NCBI GenBank assembly: GCA_964202905.1
Contig: CAXNJO010000002.1
Span: 544,001-608,000 of the forward strand
Reading direction: 5' to 3'
DNA length: 64,000 nt
Origin: Polyangiales bacterium
Lineage (GTDB): Bacteria > Myxococcota_A > Polyangia > Polyangiales > JADJQN01
The position numbers and the translations under genes are program-made. The notes under the pieces are model-generated. The model searched no databases and was not told the DNA's origin. It saw only the letters and a list, made by a program, of their open reading frames with translations. Below, piece after piece: positions 37,452-47,992 of the stretch (positions are counted from its first letter, which is position 1; each line of letters opens with the position of its first letter).

Positions 37452-37889
37452 GTGGACGTGCTCGATCGCTTCGCGGAGCTCGCCCGAGGGACGCTCATGA
37501 ACCTCGCCGATCGCCGCTTCGGCCGCGCGCAAAAGCCGCTCGCCGATCTCTCGGACGCTGAGCTCGAGGAAGAGTTGCTGCGCCGCCGTCGCGAGCGGGC
37601 CGCGCGGCGTGCGCCCGCCCCTGGCGGCGCTGGCGCCGAGCCGGCGCGGGGCGTGACAGCGCGCCCGCGGTCGCCGGAGGAGCAGCAACTCCACCAGTGC
37701 TACGCGAATCTCGAGCTCTCGCCTGGCGCGTCCCTCGACGCGGTGAAGCGCGCGTACCGTGAGCTGATGGGCCGCTATCACCCCGACAAGCACCTCGGTG
37801 ACCCCGAGCGCCACAAGGCCGCGACGGAGCTCGCGCAGAGCCTCACGCGCGCGTACACCGCGCTCGTCGCACACCTCGGCAGCGGCTGA
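37452..37889 (+). CDS. C-terminal J-domain (DnaJ-type) protein
   Basis: YANLEL...VKRAYRELMGRYHPDK. Confidence 0.9.
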   Translation: MDVLDRFAELARGTLMNLADRRFGRAQKPLADLSDAELEEELLRRRRERAARRAPAPGGAGAEPARGVTARPRSPEEQQLHQCYANLELSPGASLDAVKRAYRELMGRYHPDKHLGDPERHKAATELAQSLTRAYTALVAHLGSG

Positions 37890-37919
37890 GACGCCGTCCG
37901 CGCAGCGTGCTGCGGGGCC

Positions 37920-38885
37920 CTACTCGCGGCGCAGGTAGCCGGCCTTGAGCAGCTTCACGATGAGCAGACTCGTGACCAGGTCGCTGGCGAGGCTCTTGTT
38001 GAGCAGCGTCTCCATGTGCCCGTAGTTGAGGGCGAGTTGGAGGACGTCGAGATCGTCGCCGGAGAGCTCGCGGAGGGGCGGAATGAGCGGGACCGCCACC
38101 TTCACGCTCGCGTGGAGCGGTGGCAGTTCGGGACCGAGGCGGCGCAGCTCGTCGATCTGACGCATCGACTCCAGCAGCAGCCCCTCGGTCGTCGAGCTGA
38201 GGGTCTCGGGGAAGTCGCGCTCTTCCGGGCCGTCCATCTCGAACTGGCCGTGCTCCCACGTGAGGATGCGGATGACGCTCTTCATCGGCGAAACGTCGAA
38301 GTTCTCGTTCACCGCGGCGAACACGAGCCGCCCCTTGTCGAGGAAGAGACGGCCGAGGTCGGAGCCGGAGCGAACCGAGAGCACGCCGCTCTTCTTCGAG
38401 GTGGAGAAGAGTTGGAGGAGGTCCGGTAGCGGGACCTCGTCGATCGCGCCCGACATCGTCCGCACCTGCGAGGTGCGCCGCACCTGAGCGACCTCCGCGA
38501 GCTGCGCGTTGGCGCGTGCGGCGTCGTCGGAGATCTCACCGTCCGACGCGACGAGCTTGATGATGCTGGTGCCGACGAGGATGCGATCGCCCTCGTTGAG
38601 GCGCGCGCGCTTGATCTTCTCGCCATTGACGAAGGTGCCGTTGGTGGACCCGAGATCTTGGATGAAGATCTGGTCTCCGGTGACCGTGATCTTCGCGTGG
38701 CGACGCGAGACCATGTCCTCGACGAGGACCATGTCGAGCTCGCTCGAGCGCCCGACGACGATCTCCTTGTTCAGCGGCAGCGGGAACTCGCCGCCCTGGT
38801 ACTTGCCGCTGATGAAGCGGAGGGCGAACTGCTTGGCCGAGCGGTCGGTCGGCGTAGGCGTCATCTTGGGAATGCCAGGCTCCAT
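37920..38885 (-). CDS. FHA + DUF4388 (PatA_N-like) domain protein
   Basis: VGRSSELD..VSRRHA..DLGSTNGTFVNG; MSGAIDEVPLPDLLQLF..KSGVL..LTWEHGQF. Start may be 38864. Confidence 0.92.
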   Translation of the reverse strand: MEPGIPKMTPTPTDRSAKQFALRFISGKYQGGEFPLPLNKEIVVGRSSELDMVLVEDMVSRRHAKITVTGDQIFIQDLGSTNGTFVNGEKIKRARLNEGDRILVGTSIIKLVASDGEISDDAARANAQLAEVAQVRRTSQVRTMSGAIDEVPLPDLLQLFSTSKKSGVLSVRSGSDLGRLFLDKGRLVFAAVNENFDVSPMKSVIRILTWEHGQFEMDGPEERDFPETLSSTTEGLLLESMRQIDELRRLGPELPPLHASVKVAVPLIPPLRELSGDDLDVLQLALNYGHMETLLNKSLASDLVTSLLIVKLLKAGYLRRE

Positions 38886-39047
38886 CCGGTGTCCGTTCGT
38901 GGCCCCCGAGGTGAGAGAGATTTATGGGCTGGGACGCCGAAGGTCAAGGGCGCGGAACCGGCGTCAGCGGGTCCGCGGGGGAGCCGAGCGACGCGACACG
39001 CCCTGCGCGGGGGCGCACGAGACGGCTCTGCTACAAAGCGCGGGCGA

Positions 39048-41951
39048 ATGCGCTCCGCGACTGCCGCGCTGGCCGGTGTGTTCGCCTGCCTGCTGGCAGG
39101 CGCCTTCGCCCCCGCGCCCGCTGCCGCACAAGCCGCGTCGGATCCGTCGCTGAGCTGGCACACGCTCGAGACCCCACGCTTCGCCATCCACTTCCACGCG
39201 CCGCTCGAACCCCTCGCGCGCCGCGTCGCCGTCGTCGCCGAGCGCGCCTACGCGACCCTCGGCCCGCTACTCCGCTACACGCCGGACTCGCGCACGCACA
39301 TCGTGCTCACGGACGACACGGACTACGCGAACGGCTCGGCGACCGCCCTGCCATTCAACACGATCCGGCTCTACGCGACGGCGCCCGAGGACCTCTCACC
39401 GCTCAGCGATTACGACGACTGGCTGACCGAGCTCATCGTCCACGAGGGCACGCACGTGCTGCACCTCGATCAGGTCCGCGGGCTGCCGGCGCTCGTGAAC
39501 GCGATCCTCGGCAAGACGTGGATCCCCAACGCGGTCGCGCCGCGATGGTTTCTCGAGGGGCTCGCGGTGTTCTTCGAGACGGAGCTGACCGCGGCGGGCC
39601 GCCTGCGCTCGTCGGTCTGGGACATGTACCTGCGCATGGACGCGCTCGAGGGTCGGCTGCTCCGGCTCGATCAGATCTCGAACGACGTCGACCGCTGGCC
39701 ACACGGCAACGTCTGGTATCTGTACGGCTCGTATTTCATGCAGCACATCGCGCGCGCGCACGGCGCCCAGGCGATCGCGCGCATGATCGACGACTACGCG
39801 AACGACGTGATCCCGTACGGCCTGAACCGCCTCGCGCGCCGCGCGACGGGCCGCACCTTCACGGAGCTCTACGCGGACTTCCTCGAGGCGCTGCGGGCGC
39901 GCTACGCCGCGCAGGCGCGCGCGATCCGCGCAGCCGGGCTCGTCGAAGGGACGCGCATCACCCACCACGGCGAGGAGGCGAAGACCCCGCGCTTCCTGCC
40001 GGACGGGCGCGTGATCTATTTCGCCGGCGACAACCGCTCGCTCGGCGCGCTGCGCACGCTCGACGCGCGGACGGGGACACGCCTCGAGACACGCGCCGAA
40101 GTGACCGGGATCGCCGCGCCCGCGCCCCACCCCGACGGGCGACACGTCGTCTACAGCGCGCTCGACGCGCACCGCGATCTCTACGCGTTCAACGACCTGT
40201 TCTCCCTCGATCTCACGACGGGCGAGCGCGAGAGGCTGACGCACGGCGCACGCGCGCAGGAGCCGGACGTCTCGCCGGACGGGCGCTACGTCGTCTACAC
40301 GATCAACTCCGCGGGCACGACCCACCTCGCGACCGCGGAGCTCGCAGACGTGCCTGGCACGCAGCGGGTCCTCGTGCGGAGTCGCCGCTTCGAGCAGATC
40401 TACGCGCCCCGCTTCTCGCCCGACGGGCGCACGATCGCCTACTCCTGCTGGAGCGCCGGCGGCTTCCGGGATCTGCGCCTCGTGGAGGTCGCGACGGGCG
40501 CCGTGCGCGACGTGATGCGCGACCGCGCCTACGACTCCGGGCCCGCCTGGTCTCCCGACGGAGGGACGCTCTACTTCTCCTCCGACCGCACGGGCGTCGC
40601 GAACATCCACGCCTGGGAGCGCGCGACGGGCCGGGTGCAGCAGGTCACGAATGTCCTCGCGGGGGCGTTCCAGCCCACCATCTCACAAGATGGCGAACGG
40701 CTCGTGTACGTCGGCTACACGTCCTACGGCTTCGACCTCTTCTCACTCCCGCTCGATCCCCGCCGCTTCCGTGAGGCGCCCCCGTACGTCGACACGCGCC
40801 CCGCGCCGTCCGAGACGGAGCAGACCGCGGACGCCCTCGAGAGCCGGCCCTACACGCCTTGGGGCACCCTGCGGCCGTGGGCGTATGGCCTCGACCTGAC
40901 GCCCGACGCGTTCGGCCAGCAGCTCGGCGTGAGCAGCGCGGGCGGCGACGTCGTGGGGAGGCACACCTGGGCCGCGCGGATTGGGGTCGGCCTCGTGCGC
41001 GGCGACGTGAACGTCGACGCGTCGTACGGCTATCACGGCCTGCCGGTCGGGATGTCGGCGCGCGCATTCCGCCTCGTGTCGCCGCAGGGCGGGCTGCAGG
41101 TCGGCGGCGCCGAGCGGACGTGGATCGCCGACGACGTCGGGGTCGACCTCGGCGCGAACTACACGTTTCGACGTGCGCTCTCGTCCGACTCGGTCGCGGC
41201 CGGGTACACGCTGCGCTGGCTCGGGCAGGCCGAGCCCTTCGGCGGCGCGCTCGACCCGAACGATCCGGGGCCGCGGCTGCCGGAGCGCGGCCGCCTCGCG
41301 CAGTTGCGCCTCGGCTGGTCGTACTCGACGGTGCGACGCTTCGCGTACGACATCAGCCCCTCGGAGGGCGCGTTCCTCGCCGCGAACGTCGCTGCCGCGC
41401 ACCCCGTGCTCGGCTCGCAATTCCGCAGCGTCTCGCTCTCGTTCACGGCGCAGGCCTACCTGCGCAACCCGCTCTGGCGGCTGCACGTGCTCGCGCTGCG
41501 CTACGCGGGCGGGGTGAGCGAAGGCGACCTCGGGCGGCGCGGGATCTTCTCCGTGGGGGGCTTCCCCACGGTGTCGATCGTCGATGCGCTCACGCAGTTC
41601 GTGCTCGTCGGTGGCGCCGCCCTCCGCGGTTATCCGACCAGCGTTCGCTTCGGCACGCAGTACCATCTCGCGCAGGCGGAATATCGGTTTCCGCTCTTCC
41701 GCCCGCAGGCCGGACCCGCGACGCTGCCCGTCTACGTGAGTCGACTCTACGCGGGCGTCTTCCTCGACGTCGGCGACGCGTTCAGCGGGCGACTCGACCC
41801 CTCGACGTTCCTCGTGGGCACGGGCGCCGAGCTCTACGCCGATGTGACGCTCGGTTACTTCCTGCCCTTCACGCTGCGTTTCGGCGTCGCGCGGGGGCTC
41901 AGTGAGGGCGGCCTGACGCAGACCTACGTCAACGTCGGCGCGCCGTTCTGA
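39048..41951 (+). CDS. Zincin (HExxH) + TolB/PD40 propeller + Omp85/BamA-type barrel protein
   Basis: Signal peptide; HEGTH and WFLEGLA; repeated P..SPDG; LRGY, EYRFPL and FLDVGDAF; terminal Phe. Confidence 0.88.
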   Translation: MRSATAALAGVFACLLAGAFAPAPAAAQAASDPSLSWHTLETPRFAIHFHAPLEPLARRVAVVAERAYATLGPLLRYTPDSRTHIVLTDDTDYANGSATALPFNTIRLYATAPEDLSPLSDYDDWLTELIVHEGTHVLHLDQVRGLPALVNAILGKTWIPNAVAPRWFLEGLAVFFETELTAAGRLRSSVWDMYLRMDALEGRLLRLDQISNDVDRWPHGNVWYLYGSYFMQHIARAHGAQAIARMIDDYANDVIPYGLNRLARRATGRTFTELYADFLEALRARYAAQARAIRAAGLVEGTRITHHGEEAKTPRFLPDGRVIYFAGDNRSLGALRTLDARTGTRLETRAEVTGIAAPAPHPDGRHVVYSALDAHRDLYAFNDLFSLDLTTGERERLTHGARAQEPDVSPDGRYVVYTINSAGTTHLATAELADVPGTQRVLVRSRRFEQIYAPRFSPDGRTIAYSCWSAGGFRDLRLVEVATGAVRDVMRDRAYDSGPAWSPDGGTLYFSSDRTGVANIHAWERATGRVQQVTNVLAGAFQPTISQDGERLVYVGYTSYGFDLFSLPLDPRRFREAPPYVDTRPAPSETEQTADALESRPYTPWGTLRPWAYGLDLTPDAFGQQLGVSSAGGDVVGRHTWAARIGVGLVRGDVNVDASYGYHGLPVGMSARAFRLVSPQGGLQVGGAERTWIADDVGVDLGANYTFRRALSSDSVAAGYTLRWLGQAEPFGGALDPNDPGPRLPERGRLAQLRLGWSYSTVRRFAYDISPSEGAFLAANVAAAHPVLGSQFRSVSLSFTAQAYLRNPLWRLHVLALRYAGGVSEGDLGRRGIFSVGGFPTVSIVDALTQFVLVGGAALRGYPTSVRFGTQYHLAQAEYRFPLFRPQAGPATLPVYVSRLYAGVFLDVGDAFSGRLDPSTFLVGTGAELYADVTLGYFLPFTLRFGVARGLSEGGLTQTYVNVGAPF

Positions 41952-41960
41952 GCGCGCCGC

Positions 41961-42527
41961 TCAGACCTCGAGGATGTCCTTTTCCTTGCGGGCGACGATG
42001 GCGTCGACCTCCGCCCCGCCAGCCTGCACGAGTTTCTCGACCCGCTCGAGGCCGCGCTCGACGTCGTCCTGCGACGCGTCGCCGTCGGCCTCGAGGGCCG
42101 CGAGCATGTCCTTCGCCTCGTGCCGCGCCTTGCGGATCGCGACCTTCGTCTCCTCGCCGTTCTTGCGGGCGATCTTGACGAGATCCTTGCGGCGCTCTTC
42201 GGTCAGCGCGGGCATCGGGATGCGGATGAAGTCGCCGTCCGTCTGCGGGTTCAGGCCGAGATTTGCCTCGACGATCGCCTTCTCGATGGCCTTGGCCTGC
42301 CCCTTCTCCCAGGGCTTGACCGTGAGCATGCGCGCCTCGGGGACGGAGACGGTCGCCATCTGGCTGATGGGCGTCGGCACCCCGTAATAGTCGACGCGCA
42401 CGCCGTCGAGCATGGACGCGTTGGCGCGGCCGGTGCGGAGCTTGGTGAGGTCGCGCTTGAGGGCCTCGTGGGCCTTCACGATGGCGGTCGAGAGCTCTGC
42501 GAGCGTCTCTTCGATCATCTCGCTCAT
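41961..42527 (-). CDS. frr: Ribosome recycling factor
   Basis: LRTGRANASMLDGVRVDYYG and PALTEERRKDLVK. Confidence 0.98.
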   Translation of the reverse strand: MSEMIEETLAELSTAIVKAHEALKRDLTKLRTGRANASMLDGVRVDYYGVPTPISQMATVSVPEARMLTVKPWEKGQAKAIEKAIVEANLGLNPQTDGDFIRIPMPALTEERRKDLVKIARKNGEETKVAIRKARHEAKDMLAALEADGDASQDDVERGLERVEKLVQAGGAEVDAIVARKEKDILEV

Positions 42528-42536
42528 GGGGTCTCC

Positions 42537-43268
42537 TCAGGTGGCCGATTCGGTGACGAGCGTTCCGATGTCCTCGCCGAGCGCGACACGCTGGATGTTG
42601 CCGCGCTTGCCGAGCGCGAAGACGCGGATCGGGAGGCGGTTGTCGCGGCAGAGCGTCACGGCGGTGGAGTCCATCACGCCGATGCGCTCCTGGAGGAAAC
42701 GATCGTAGGCGAGGCGCCGGAACATCGTGGCGTCCTTGTGCAACGCGGGGTCGCGGTCGTACACGCCTTCGACCTTGGTGGCCTTGCAGAGGAGCGTCGC
42801 CTGGAGCTCCATGGCGCGGAGCGCAGCCGCGGTATCCGTCGAGAAATAGGGGTTTCCCGTGCCCGCGACGAAGATGACCATGCGGCGCTTCTCGAGGTGC
42901 CGCACCGCGCGCCGCCGGATGTAGGGCTCGGCCATCTGCCGGATCTCGACAGCGCTCATGAGGCGCGTCGCGACGCCGAGCTTCTCCATCGCGTCCTGAA
43001 GGGCGATGCCGTTGATGACCGTCGCGAGCATGCCCATGTGGTCGGCGCTCGCGCGGTCCATGCCGGCGGCGGACCCCTTCAGCCCGCGGAAGATGTTGCC
43101 CCCGCCGATGACGACGCCGATCTCCGCCCCGAGCGCGTGGACCTCGGCGAGCTCGGCGCTGATCTCACGGAGCGTTCCGGGATCGACGCCGAAGCCGCCC
43201 GGGACGCCGCAGAGGGCCTCGCCCGAGAGCTTGAGGAGAAACCGCCTGTGCGCGAGCTGCGTCGTCAT
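42537..43268 (-). CDS. pyrH: UMP kinase
   Basis: [17 protein letters not shown] and [17 protein letters not shown]. Confidence 0.98.
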   Translation of the reverse strand: MTTQLAHRRFLLKLSGEALCGVPGGFGVDPGTLREISAELAEVHALGAEIGVVIGGGNIFRGLKGSAAGMDRASADHMGMLATVINGIALQDAMEKLGVATRLMSAVEIRQMAEPYIRRRAVRHLEKRRMVIFVAGTGNPYFSTDTAAALRAMELQATLLCKATKVEGVYDRDPALHKDATMFRRLAYDRFLQERIGVMDSTAVTLCRDNRLPIRVFALGKRGNIQRVALGEDIGTLVTESAT

Positions 43269-43359
43269 CGGGAAACGTTTCTCCGGGGTTCGCGCGACGG
43301 ACACCGGCGCGCATGAGGCCCAACGAGACACGGGCCCGTGAGGGCCCGTGTCGTCGACG

Positions 43360-44040
43360 TCAGCCAACGCCCTTGAGCTGCTCGGCGACCTCGGCGGCGA
43401 GATCGACCTTCTTCTTTTCGATGCCTTCGCCGAGCTCGAAGCGGACGAAGCGGCGGATGGCGATCTTCTCGCCGATCTTCGCGCTGAGCGCGTCGCAGAG
43501 GTCCTTGATGGACTTGCCGTCGTCGGCGTCCTGCACCGAGGACTGCTCCTCGAGGCACTTCTCGGCCATCCACTTGTCGAGCTTGCCCTCGAGGATCTTC
43601 GCGCGCGCCGCCTCGGGGCGGGACTTGCCGGAGGCAGCCTCCTCCTCGGCCATCGACTCGGTGAAGAAGCGGAGCTGATTCGCCTTCGCCGCCTCGGGGA
43701 TCTCCTCGCGACGCACGAACTCGGGCGCCATCGAGGCGAGCTGGAGGCCGACGAGGTCCGCGAAGCCGCGGAACTCGGGGCTCATGGCCACGAAGTCGGT
43801 CTGGCAGTTGATCTCGACGAGCACGCCGAGTCGCCCGCCCGCGTGGATGTACGAGTGGATGACGCCGTCGGCGGCGATCGCGCCCGCCTTCTTCGCGGCC
43901 TTGAGGAGGCCCTTCTTCTGGAGAAGCTCGACGGCCTTGTCCTCGTCCCCGCCCGTCTCATCGAGGGCGTTTTTGCAGTCCATCATGCCCGCGCTCGTAC
44001 GCTCGCGGAGCGACTTGACCATCGCAGCGGTGATTGCCAT
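43360..44040 (-). CDS. tsf: Elongation factor Ts (short form)
   Basis: [29 protein letters not shown] and [11 protein letters not shown]. Confidence 0.98.
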   Translation of the reverse strand: MAITAAMVKSLRERTSAGMMDCKNALDETGGDEDKAVELLQKKGLLKAAKKAGAIAADGVIHSYIHAGGRLGVLVEINCQTDFVAMSPEFRGFADLVGLQLASMAPEFVRREEIPEAAKANQLRFFTESMAEEEAASGKSRPEAARAKILEGKLDKWMAEKCLEEQSSVQDADDGKSIKDLCDALSAKIGEKIAIRRFVRFELGEGIEKKKVDLAAEVAEQLKGVG

Positions 44041-44179
44041 CGCCGTATCCTTCTTCCTCAGCGGGAGACACGTGGACGCGGCGATCGTCGCCGGGCCGCG
44101 GGCCCCAAGTCCTCAAACGGGGAGCGGTTGTGTCGGTGGGGAGCGCGCCCCGGCCATGGCCAAGGCGCACACCGGGGGG

Positions 44180-45209
44180 TCAGGACTGCGCGCCGCCGTC
44201 CGCAGCGGGCGCCGCCGGGCGCTGCCGCCACCGCCACCGCCGCCGGGGTTGCCGCCGGGGCCGCCGCCGGGTGCCGCCGGGGCCGCCGACCGCCGCCGGG
44301 ACCGCCGGGACCGCCGGGACCACGACGCTCGCCGGGTCCGCCCTCGATGCGGCCACCGGGGCCGACGCGGCGCGTGCGCGCGAACTCGACCTGCATGCCG
44401 CCGTCGCCGCCGCCCTGCTGCGGACGGTCACCGCGCTCGCCGCGGCCCTGCTGGAACTCGCGGCGACGCTGCTGGCCCTCGACCGCCGCGTCGGCGACGC
44501 GGCCCGTGATCAGCTTGATCGATCGGATCGCGTCGTCGTTCGCGGGGATGACGAAGTCGATGAGGTCAGGGTCGCAGTTCGTGTCGGTCATCGCGACGAT
44601 CGGAATGCCCAGCTTGCGGGCCTCGCTGATCGCGATGTGCTCGTGGTGCGGGTCGATGACGAACATGGCCGCGGGGAGCGCGTTCATCATCTTGATGCCG
44701 CCGAGGTACTTATCGAGGCGGATGCGCTCGCGGTCGAGGCCGAGGGCCTCCTTCTTGGTGACCGCGTCGAACGAGCCGTCCTCAAGCATGCGCTCGAGCG
44801 TGCGGAGGCGCTCGATGCCGGTCTTGACGGTGCGGAAGTTGGTGAGCGTGCCGCCGAGCCAGCGACCCGTCACGAAGAACTGGCCCGAGCGCGTGGCCTC
44901 CTCGACGACGACGTCCGCGGCCTGGCGCTTCGTGCCGACGAAGAGGATGTGGCCACCGCGGCCCACCGCCTCCGAGACGAAGTCGAACGCGCGGCGGAAG
45001 AGCTGCGCCGTCTGGTCGAGGTCGATGATGTGGATGCCGTTGCGGGCGCCGTAGATGAACGGCCGCATCTTCGGGTTCCAGCGCTTGGTCTGGTGGCCGA
45101 AGTGCACGCCCGCGTCGATCAGCGCGCGGAGGCCGATCGGGAGGTCACCGCTGCCGACACCCACCGTGGCCATCGTCTCACCCGCGCCGTTTTCCGTATT
45201 TGCAGTCAT
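44180..45209 (-). CDS. rpsB: 30S ribosomal protein S2 with low-complexity tail (apparent frameshift near 44215)
   Basis: [25 protein letters not shown] and [10 protein letters not shown]. The natural end [15 protein letters not shown] at 44180 needs a 1-nt correction; uncorrected, the frame ends at 44058. Confidence 0.95.
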
Positions 45210-45226
45210 GATCTGCTCCTTCTCGC

Positions 45227-45318
45227 GGTTGTTCCTCCGTCTCCCTCGACCGGCGACCGTGGACAGGGAGGCCTGACCGCGGCACCGCACCGGCCGTTCG
45301 AGCCGGGAGACGTGTGGC
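45227..45318 (-). ncRNA. rpsB 5' leader (S2 autoregulatory / t44-like element)
   Basis: CCACAC-GTCTCCC...CGGTGCC...GGGAGAC-GGAGG-AACAACC matches the conserved leader layout directly upstream of rpsB. Confidence 0.7.
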
Positions 45319-45505
45319 ATTTCGGATCCGCGGGAACAGCCCCGCGGCCCGGCCCTGATGGGCGCGCGGCTTGTAGCACGGGGCGTCGGGGGCGCCAACG
45401 CCGTGCGTCCCCATCGCACAGCCACGGCCCCCCGTGGACAGGGGCGCACGGCGATGGCACGAAGGCGCCGCGAGCCTCGAGGCTCGCCCTTGCCGGAGCC
45501 CGCCC

Positions 45506-46567
45506 ATGCCCTTCCTCCGCCCCACGCACACGCTCGCCGCGTTCCTCGTCGCCACCTCGATCGCCAGCGCCGCGTGCGGCGGCGACGCAGCCCCGCCCGC
45601 TGCCCCGGACCTGGGCGTCGGCGACGCCGGCGCCCCCGATCTCGGCGCGGATCCCGTCGACCTCGGACCTGCCGCTGTCGACCTCGGGCCTGCACCCGAG
45701 GATCTCGGCCCGGCGATGTCCGGCGCGCCGAACGCCCCCGGCCCCTACGCGGTGACGCGCTCGACGACGATGGTGGGCGCCTCGCCGGTCACGGTCTTCG
45801 ACCCGACGCTGCCTGCCGGGGTGCGCGCGCCGCTCGCGGTCTTCCTGCCGGGGTTCCAGTTGACCGTGCGTCAGTACGCGGCGATCTGCGAACGGCTCGC
45901 GTCGCACGGCGTGGTGGTCGTCGGCGTGGACGCGACCGGCGGCTTCTTCCCGAACCACGTCGCGCTGCGGGACGCGGCGATCGCCGTGATCGACTGGGCG
46001 ATCGCGAGCGCGCCCTCGGCAGCGCACACCGACGGCGGCCGCGTGCTCACGCTGGGGCACAGCCTCGGCGGAAAGCTCGCGACGATGGCCGCGGGCGCGG
46101 ACGCGCGCGTGACGGCGCTGCTCGCGATCGATCCGGTGAACGGCGGCGGGGGCCCGGGCATGGGCTACACGGCGGAGCGGCCGGACATCGTGCCGGACGT
46201 CGTCGCGGCGCTCGCGATCCCGGTGGGGTTCATGGGCGAGACGACCAACGCCTCGGGCGGTTTCATGCCGTGCGCGCCCGCCGACCAGAACTTCACGACG
46301 TTCTACGCAGCCGCGAGCGCCGCACCGTGGGCCGCGCAGTGGACGTTCATCGGCGCCGATCACATGGACTTCGTGCCCGACACGGCGGGCTGCTTCGCGT
46401 GCGCAGCGTGCACGGCGGGCACCGCAGACGCCGCGACCGTCGCGCGCGACACGGCGACGCTCGCCGTCGCGTTCGCGCAGCGGCATCTCCTCGGGGTCAC
46501 GACGTCCGAGGAGTGGCTGCGCGGTGGCCTGCTCCCGGCGGGCATCGCGGCGACCGGGCGGCCCTGA
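45506..46567 (+). CDS. Lipoprotein alpha/beta hydrolase, chlorophyllase/cutinase-like
   Basis: SAAC lipobox-like segment, DLG linker, FLPGF, LASHG, GHSLGG, AIDPV and GADHMDF. Confidence 0.85.
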   Translation: MPFLRPTHTLAAFLVATSIASAACGGDAAPPAAPDLGVGDAGAPDLGADPVDLGPAAVDLGPAPEDLGPAMSGAPNAPGPYAVTRSTTMVGASPVTVFDPTLPAGVRAPLAVFLPGFQLTVRQYAAICERLASHGVVVVGVDATGGFFPNHVALRDAAIAVIDWAIASAPSAAHTDGGRVLTLGHSLGGKLATMAAGADARVTALLAIDPVNGGGGPGMGYTAERPDIVPDVVAALAIPVGFMGETTNASGGFMPCAPADQNFTTFYAAASAAPWAAQWTFIGADHMDFVPDTAGCFACAACTAGTADAATVARDTATLAVAFAQRHLLGVTTSEEWLRGGLLPAGIAATGRP

Positions 46568-46635
46568 CGGCACCGGCGCCCCCGGCGGCGCGCGGCTTTG
46601 TTGACGGTTCGGGCCCGGCCGGATAGCGGTCGGGC

Positions 46636-47849
46636 GTGGCCCCGCGACGCATTCGACTCTTCCTCCTCGCGGGCCTGCTCGCCGCGCTCCCCGGTTCGCA
46701 GCGCGCCGCGGCGGACGAACCCGCGCGCCTCGCGAATCCACTCGCTCTGCGCGCCCGCGAGGAGGTGTTCGTGCCGCCCCCCCCGCCGCGCGCCGACGTC
46801 GCGGCCCCTCCGGCGACCGAACCGCCTGCCGCCCTCCCGCCCGCCTCGACCCCGCGCGGCGAAGCAGCCCGCAGTGGCGCGCCGCGAAGCACCGCAGCGC
46901 GCGCCGACGCGGCTCACGCAGGCCCGGCACGCGCGGCGCCGGCAGCGCGAGGCGAACGCGCGCTCCGCGCGCCGGCGCGGCGCACGCGGCGCCCGCGCCA
47001 CCCTGTCACGCGCCACCGACGGAGCTCGTGCGCGTCGACGGGCCGCGGCGCGAGACGCAGCGCGTCTCGCTGACGTTCTGCGACGGGCGTCCGCTTCCGG
47101 CGGCGCTCGACACGCTCAGCGTGCTCGCCCGCCCGCACCGCACGCCCGCCCCGGAGACCCGCGCGATCCGCGCCTACGCACGCCGCCTCGCGCGCCGGCC
47201 GCGACGCGGGGAGACGCGCCCCGACCCGGGCTTCATCGCCGAGGGTGTGCGCCGCATCGAGGCGGGGCTGCTGCCACGCGTCGCGCGCGTCGCGGCACGA
47301 TTCCCCGGCAAGGCCATCGAGATCGTCTCGGGATGGCGCCCCACCGAGCGCGCATCGAGCCGCCACCATCAGGCGCGCGCCCTCGATCTGCGCGTGCGTG
47401 GCGTCTCCCGCGAGGCGCTCCGCGACTTCGCGCGAACCCTCGACGAGACGGGCATCGGCTACTACCCGAACAGCGCGTTCGTGCACCTCGACGTCCGCGA
47501 CACGCGCGCCTACTGGGTCGACCGCAGCGGCCCCGGGGAGGAGGCGGACTACGGCGTTTGGCCGCCGCCCCCCGAGGTGCAGCAGCAGCAGGCCGAGCGC
47601 ATCGTAGCGGAGGCGCTCGCCACGCTCGAGGCGTTGCGCGCGCCGCCCGCCGACGCCCACGACGCGCCCGGCCTCTCCGTTGTCCCGGGCCTCCCCGACG
47701 CCCCCGCCACGGACGGAAACGCACGCGCGCACGACGCCCCAGCCGACGCGCCGACGGGCGACGCGACCGACGACGCGACGCACGCGGAGCGACGCGACGA
47801 CGCGGTCGACGCGGTCGACGCGGACCGCCCCCGGGGCGACGCGGCCTGA
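46636..47849 (+). CDS. DUF882/YcbK-like peptidase M15 family protein (frameshift(s) at 46850-47000)
   Basis: Signal peptide in ORF 46636; catalytic IVSGWR..SRHHQARALD..GIGYYPNSAFVHLDVR in ORF 47028. Confidence 0.82.
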
Positions 47850-47992
47850 CGCGCAGCCGACGGTCGGCGCGCAGCGTCACCGCCCGGGAAACATCGGCGG
47901 AGGCCACGGGGGGCGGGGCGTTGCGCCCGGACCAGCCTCCGCGGCCCTCGAAACAGGGTAGGCGCGGACGTCCTACGCCGGGAGGGGCGCCC

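Noticed and set aside
44180..44230. Programmed frameshift in the rpsB tail
   Set aside because: No slippery heptamer, and similar indels occur throughout the window, so sequencing error is more likely.
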